Assembly: GCF_036321535.1 (NCBI RefSeq) | Contig: NC_087455.1 | Location: 24,614,001-24,678,000, forward strand | DNA from: Camelus dromedarius | Lineage: Eukaryota | Reading direction: 5' to 3' | Length of the DNA stretch: 64,000 bases | Shown here: positions 59,016 through 64,000 of the stretch, in pieces | Layout of the letters: each line of letters begins with the position of its first letter | Numbering within the stretch: position 1 is the first letter of the stretch | The notes under the pieces: generated by a model | Database searches by the model: none | What the model was told of the DNA's origin: nothing | The model's input: the letters and a program-made list of their open reading frames with translations, nothing else | Translations under genes and position numbers: made by a program

Positions 59016-62000
59016 AAACGCCACTATATTCTCAACACAGTTCTTATTTCCTGCCTTTGGCTCTTGTTCTAAATCCTGCTCTGCCCTTGACAGAGCTGAA
59101 TTTCACTCTTCGCTAACTCCCCTAACTAATAAAGGCAATCTTGCCTTAAATCCCTTCAGGTGGGTTTTACCCAGACTTCTTCCCTGGATCTTCTGTTAAT
59201 TTTGTGAGATTAATGCTAGTTTTTCTACACCGTCACTCAAATAGTTCAGTTGTAAGTATGTAACACTGAATCTTGAAACCTTTAAATCTGTCCTTCATTT
59301 TCTTTAGGATGAAGTATAATGAAGCTTCTAATGAGCTGTGTGTAACTAGGAAAAAAATGTAATTTTAGATTTTAGGTCATAGTTTTCATCAATTCCTGTT
59401 CTTCTAATGGGATTACTGCAATAGTACACATCAGAAGGGCATGATTTGGGTAACATAAAGCTTAAAAATTTTATTTAGGGATATTTATAAACCATTGCAA
59501 GTTTTGAGAAGGAATGTTAAACAGTAGTATTTGAAGTTGTTAGAGAAGCCTAAAAATATTTAAACAATTTCAAGAAACCTCATATTAGGTTGCACAGCCT
59601 AATACTTTGCATGTGGAAAAAAATTGCTTAAAGTCTAATTTCAAGTGTCTTGGAATAACCGGTCTCTTGAATTTCTGTTTAAATTTCAGTACACTAAGCT
59701 GAGAAACCTCTAGGGTTTTGCAGGGGTTGACCTGATGCTCTTGGAGCATTGCAGCTACAACCTGAAGACTAAGGGCCCCCGTGGGTGTGTCTGCCACCCT
59801 CTGGAGGGAGGTGTTGGGGGGAGACATGACAGGCAGCTGGGGAACAGCAAGCTGTCAGGTTTTCACCATGTGCTGAGGAGCCTGAAGCCCACAGCCCTGT
59901 GACCAAGAAATAACAGACGTAGATGGCTCAGTGCATGTCTGAGGGCCTCTCTACCTTACTGCTTCTTTCTCCAATGATTGATTGTCTTACAGAGAATGAC
60001 ATGTTCACAGTTGGGTTGAACAAAGGTTGGATTTTTTTTTGCTTTTAGTTTAAAGTTTTCATTTTTTCATTTATATGATTAGTCATGCTGAGATACTCAA
60101 ATAAGAGATGGTTTTAGTCATCCAGATTTTGCTGGGGAGATGAATAAAAGCCTCTCGGTGTGCCAAGGCCCTGAGGGAGCAGTGGCATCGCAGGAAGAGG
60201 GGCTGGGCTGGGGCGGGGAGAGCGGGGAACGTGGCTCTTTCTCTGCTCCCAGTTCATCTTCTTCTCCACCTAGTCTGTTGGTTCTGATTGTTCTTAACTC
60301 CTTTTCTTCTGACGTTTACCTCGAAGAGTATGAGCCTCTCTGCTTTTTTCCTTCCTGCTTTCAGGAAGCTTAATTTCCTGAAAATATGCTCTCCCCAGCT
60401 CACTCTGTGTAGTCGTCAGTGTAGCTGCCTTTCCTGGCAACAGACAGTCCTGAAGTGCAGGAACTCTGCTTTCTCATCCCTGCCTCCAGCTGTGTTCATG
60501 ATGCTGGCCCCCGGGGCTTTCCTCTGTCGAAATGAGGGGACCAACCAGGTACCATCCAGACCGTGCTGGTCTTGAGCTCGAGTCTGTGGGGGCCTCTCAC
60601 TCTTCGTCAGACCAAGCCCTGAACCTGAGCTTCATCTTTAGTAACTTTGAATGTTACTGAAGTACTGAAAACCACACAAAGTAGACATAATTTAAAATTT
60701 GACCTTTTTTGAAACTAAGTAAAATAAGAGGTGAAACTGCCCACCCAGAGCAGTCTAAACCTGAGTAACCATCCTCCCCATCGAACCTCCAGTTCATTCG
60801 AGCCCCTCTTCACTGGGCCGGTCCCGTACCACGTGAACCAGCCCCACCGACTCCTGATGGAGTCGCCCTCCCAGGACTCCACTCTCCCCGGCGTCTCTCT
60901 AACCTGCTCAGTGGCGGTTCCAGCTTCATAGCACGTGTTATCTGCCACACTTCAATATGTACGTTCTCGTATTATAATTGTTTTCAGGTGTTGGACTGTT
61001 TGTTCCTCCAGTAAGATTTGTAGTCCTTCACCAGCAACCGCGGATTCTTTTTGTATGAAAGATATTTACAGGGCATGTGCAGGCAATCTTATGTTACGTG
61101 TTCAAATGAGTTTTGAAATATAAAGGAATCGAGTTTTTAAATGGCATTCATGTTAGTTCCCTTGTCAAGCACTAAAACTCCACCATGTGTCCGGCCCTGT
61201 GTTAGAAACAAGGAATTCAGAGATTGAGAAAAAAATAAATATAGATGAAGGTTGTAATGGCAGAAGAGAAACGGATCTGTATTCTCTGCCTCTAATGTAC
61301 CCAGCACATGCTTCTATGCCTGCAACATGTGTTATGTTGCAATGCTCAGAAAGTGCCTCATGGCCCTTCTCTTTGGCTTTCACACCTCTAGGACATGAAA
61401 TGGGTATTATAATTTTATGTTCTCATAAAATGGTACAATACCTGGCACATACTTGATTTTTTGGAGAATGTTTGGAATGAACTGTTGAACTGAATTAGAA
61501 TATAATTTCAGAAATGTTGTAATGGAGCCTGTATAGGCACCACAGAAGGACCAAGGCGGGTACTCAGCCCATTTCTCTGTTTCAGAGTAAGCCCCCCTCA
61601 TCAAATGACAGCCCCATCAGTTTACATTTGGATAGTTTTACTTGGACAGTAGTTTTACTTAAGCCAACACTGGCAGTCCTCCTTTGGTAGAACTGCATTT
61701 TTGAGGAGGCACAGTAATTTAAAAGCATGTAAGTTGGATAAAGTAGGGTCTTGTATTTCTGAACAAGGACCTAAAGCCCAGATTTTTATAGAAAAGATCC
61801 ATGTTTAATAAACTTTGATATGCCTGTTTTCTCAGACAATATAAAGTTTTGTAAAGTTTCAGTCTATTGAATGATCCCACTGGTGCTTTAAAACTCATTT
61901 ATTTATAAAATTGACATAAAGATTTTCCTGACCTGTTAATATAGTGTTTATTTCTGGGGAGTAGACCTGATGTGTCATTCAGGGAAGGAAGAATATTTCT

Positions 62001-62129
62001 GTATTTTCCTTTAAACCTTCCGCATTGTTTTGAATTTTCACTTGTAATGAGAATGTTTTATTTTTCTATGAAAAACGAGTTAATAAAGTTGATGTGAATC
62101 CAAACTGTGTAAGGATAACAAGCTTAAGA

Positions 62130-62400
62130 AGCTGATGGAGAGTGGCTACAGGCTGGGGGATGGAAGTCTAGGACTACGAGGCTGTACAAGTGGTGGTTTT
62201 TCCAAAGAGGAAGAGTTCGAGAAGTGGCTGAATAGGACAGGGTTGTGGATGGACCTGGAACTGGTAAGAAAAGGTTTTCAGGTGCTGAAGCATGTCAAGC
62301 AGGTGGTGTATGCAGTTTCTAGCTTTGAAAAGCTTTCAGCTCAAAGGTGCTGATGATGAAATGAGCTGTGTCAGTTCAGGCTGCTAAGTGTGTAGCTGGC
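62130..62400 (-). mobile_element. L2 fragment
   Basis: ggttttccaaagaggaagagttcgagaagtggctgaatagg. Confidence 0.5.
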
Positions 62401-62879
62401 CTGGGTTGGTTTTATGTTGTGGCAAAGAGTGACTGAGACCAGGAAGGTGGGCGCAGCTAAGGATGATGTTACAACTTGGCGCCAATCAAAGCTTTTATTT
62501 AAATGCTTTAATGAATTTAAAACATACTTGTTTTTTCCCGAATGTTTTAGGAAGTACTACTGAACATATGAAAACAGAGGACATAGGCAAGAAGTGGTCA
62601 AATGACTGTTTTGAAGGCTAAGGCAGGGTCAGTGTTGTCTTATAAAGGGTATAATTTTCATGTACCTAGATCTGAAAAAAGAATCGGGATGGGGTAATAT
62701 TCTTTGATTCATTCTTGTCTCTTAAAAATTTTCTTTTTAGAATGTCAATGTAGTCGTATTTTCTGTAAATTTAAGTAGGTCACAAATGTGTATTAAAATA
62801 TCTTTTAGTGTTTTACTCTTAATACATAAATACATTACAATTAAAAAGACTCTTATGACTCAGAAATAGAATTTTTAAT

Positions 62880-63110
62880 ATTTCAAAATTCCACTACCCA
62901 CCTCCCCAAATTAACTTCTCTAAGCTGCTTCATATACGCACACATTACGTGTGTATGCAGTTTTATTGCATCAAACTCTACCCTGCAGCTTGCTTTTTTT
63001 ATTTAATGATGGGGCTTAGAGCTTATTCTCAGTCATTGCTTATAATTCACCTTGTGCTTTTTCATGGTTGTAGTATTTTATAATTTGAATGCATCAGGTT
63101 TTTATTGGAC
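62880..63110 (-). mobile_element. Old L1 (L1ME-like) fragment
   Basis: actctaccctgcagcttgctttttt...tcatggttgtagtattttataatttg. Confidence 0.5.
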
Positions 63111-64000
63111 TTAAGGTTGAGGACAAATAATTAAGTTTTCTTTTAGCCAGATTTATGTCTGAAGAAGTCCTAGGGGACTTCAGAGAGAATGATAGGCATT
63201 TCAGAAATTCCACATTCTATGAACGGGTACTAGGAGCGTGGAGTGAAATGAGGAAAGAGAGCTACAAGTAACCATAAAGATCAGGAAAGGACCTTGTAAA
63301 ATTATTTCCAAATGCTTATTGCTGTAACTTTTTGGCCAAAAAGCTTACTGGCGCAGGCCATGGACTTAAAAAAATCAGATCTTGTAGATAACAGCTGATT
63401 TAGGAAGTGTATAGTCCTTTTTAAAATATGTATATAAATGCTTTGTTCTCTTCACCCTTTAGTTCTGTTGTTTATCATTATTTCTTGGAAAATAATTCTG
63501 CTAACAGGAAGGGCTGCTTGCTTTAAAAAAAAAAAAAAGTAAGCAAGAAAACCAACAATTTGTGGACATGACGGTCTTGTATTTTGACCATGATTAAGAA
63601 GCTACTGACCAGCTATAGACCACCATTTTATTAAAATACAGGTTGCAGCATTTAAGACTGCAAATGAACATTTTATGGGGTGATAAACCGTTCTTCTCTG
63701 CCCACCGTGCTCCCCTAAAAGAGCAATAGTGTAATTTGACCATAGACTTTCACCCACACATAGCTGGTTTTCCAATTGTAAATTTGAGTAACATTTTAGA
63801 ATTTGAATTAGCTGCTTCATGGTGGTCATTTAATACATGAAGACCTATTTAGGCTCAAAATTGAAAGGTGAAGAGTTGCCATTTTTGTTTTATGTGTCTA
63901 GAAACTGTAATTTATAATGTACTCTATTTTAACAATTTTTTAGTGTTTATATTCTGCTTTCTTCCTTTATTTTTGCAACTGTCAAAATTTTAATATCCCA

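Larger units (their letters stand above)
46158..64000 (+). other. RSPO2: RSPO2 intron downstream of the exon (partial)
   Basis: Starts with GT donor; the next exon (CRIENCDSCFSKDFC...) was not found in the window. Confidence 0.85.

Noticed and set aside
1-64000. A novel multi-gene or prokaryote-style system (CRISPR array, operon, defence island, foreign insert)
   Set aside because: No spacer-repeat array, no long ORFs and no compositional island seen. The window is explained by one RSPO2 exon plus mammalian intronic repeats.

Overview
Mammalian genomic DNA, probably a camelid. The evidence is five tRNA-Ala-derived SINEs resembling vic-1 and no Alu, B1, BovB/Bov-tA, PRE-1 or SINEC copies that I could recognise. 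The whole window lies inside RSPO2 (R-spondin 2, + strand). It has one 189-bp coding exon (45969-46157; second coding exon, furin-like repeat 1) with about 46 kb of upstream and 18 kb of downstream intron. The introns contain old L1M, L2, MIR and hAT elements, MaLR/ERV LTRs, an ERV1 remnant with a recognisable env tail, younger lineage L1s and SINEs, two (TG)n microsatellites and three assembly gaps. I found no evidence of a new gene system, and the other ORFs in the track look like chance or repeat-derived ORFs. The best second-look items are a 5'-inverted L1 nested in a SINE tail (both target-site duplications visible), two further inverted L1s, an unidentified 147-bp insert with a 14-bp TSD, a sense MaLR LTR with TATA, Kozak ATG and splice donor upstream of the exon, and several CpG- or motif-rich candidate enhancers. 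Repeat subfamily names come from my memory of consensus sequences, not from a database search, and old-repeat boundaries are approximate.
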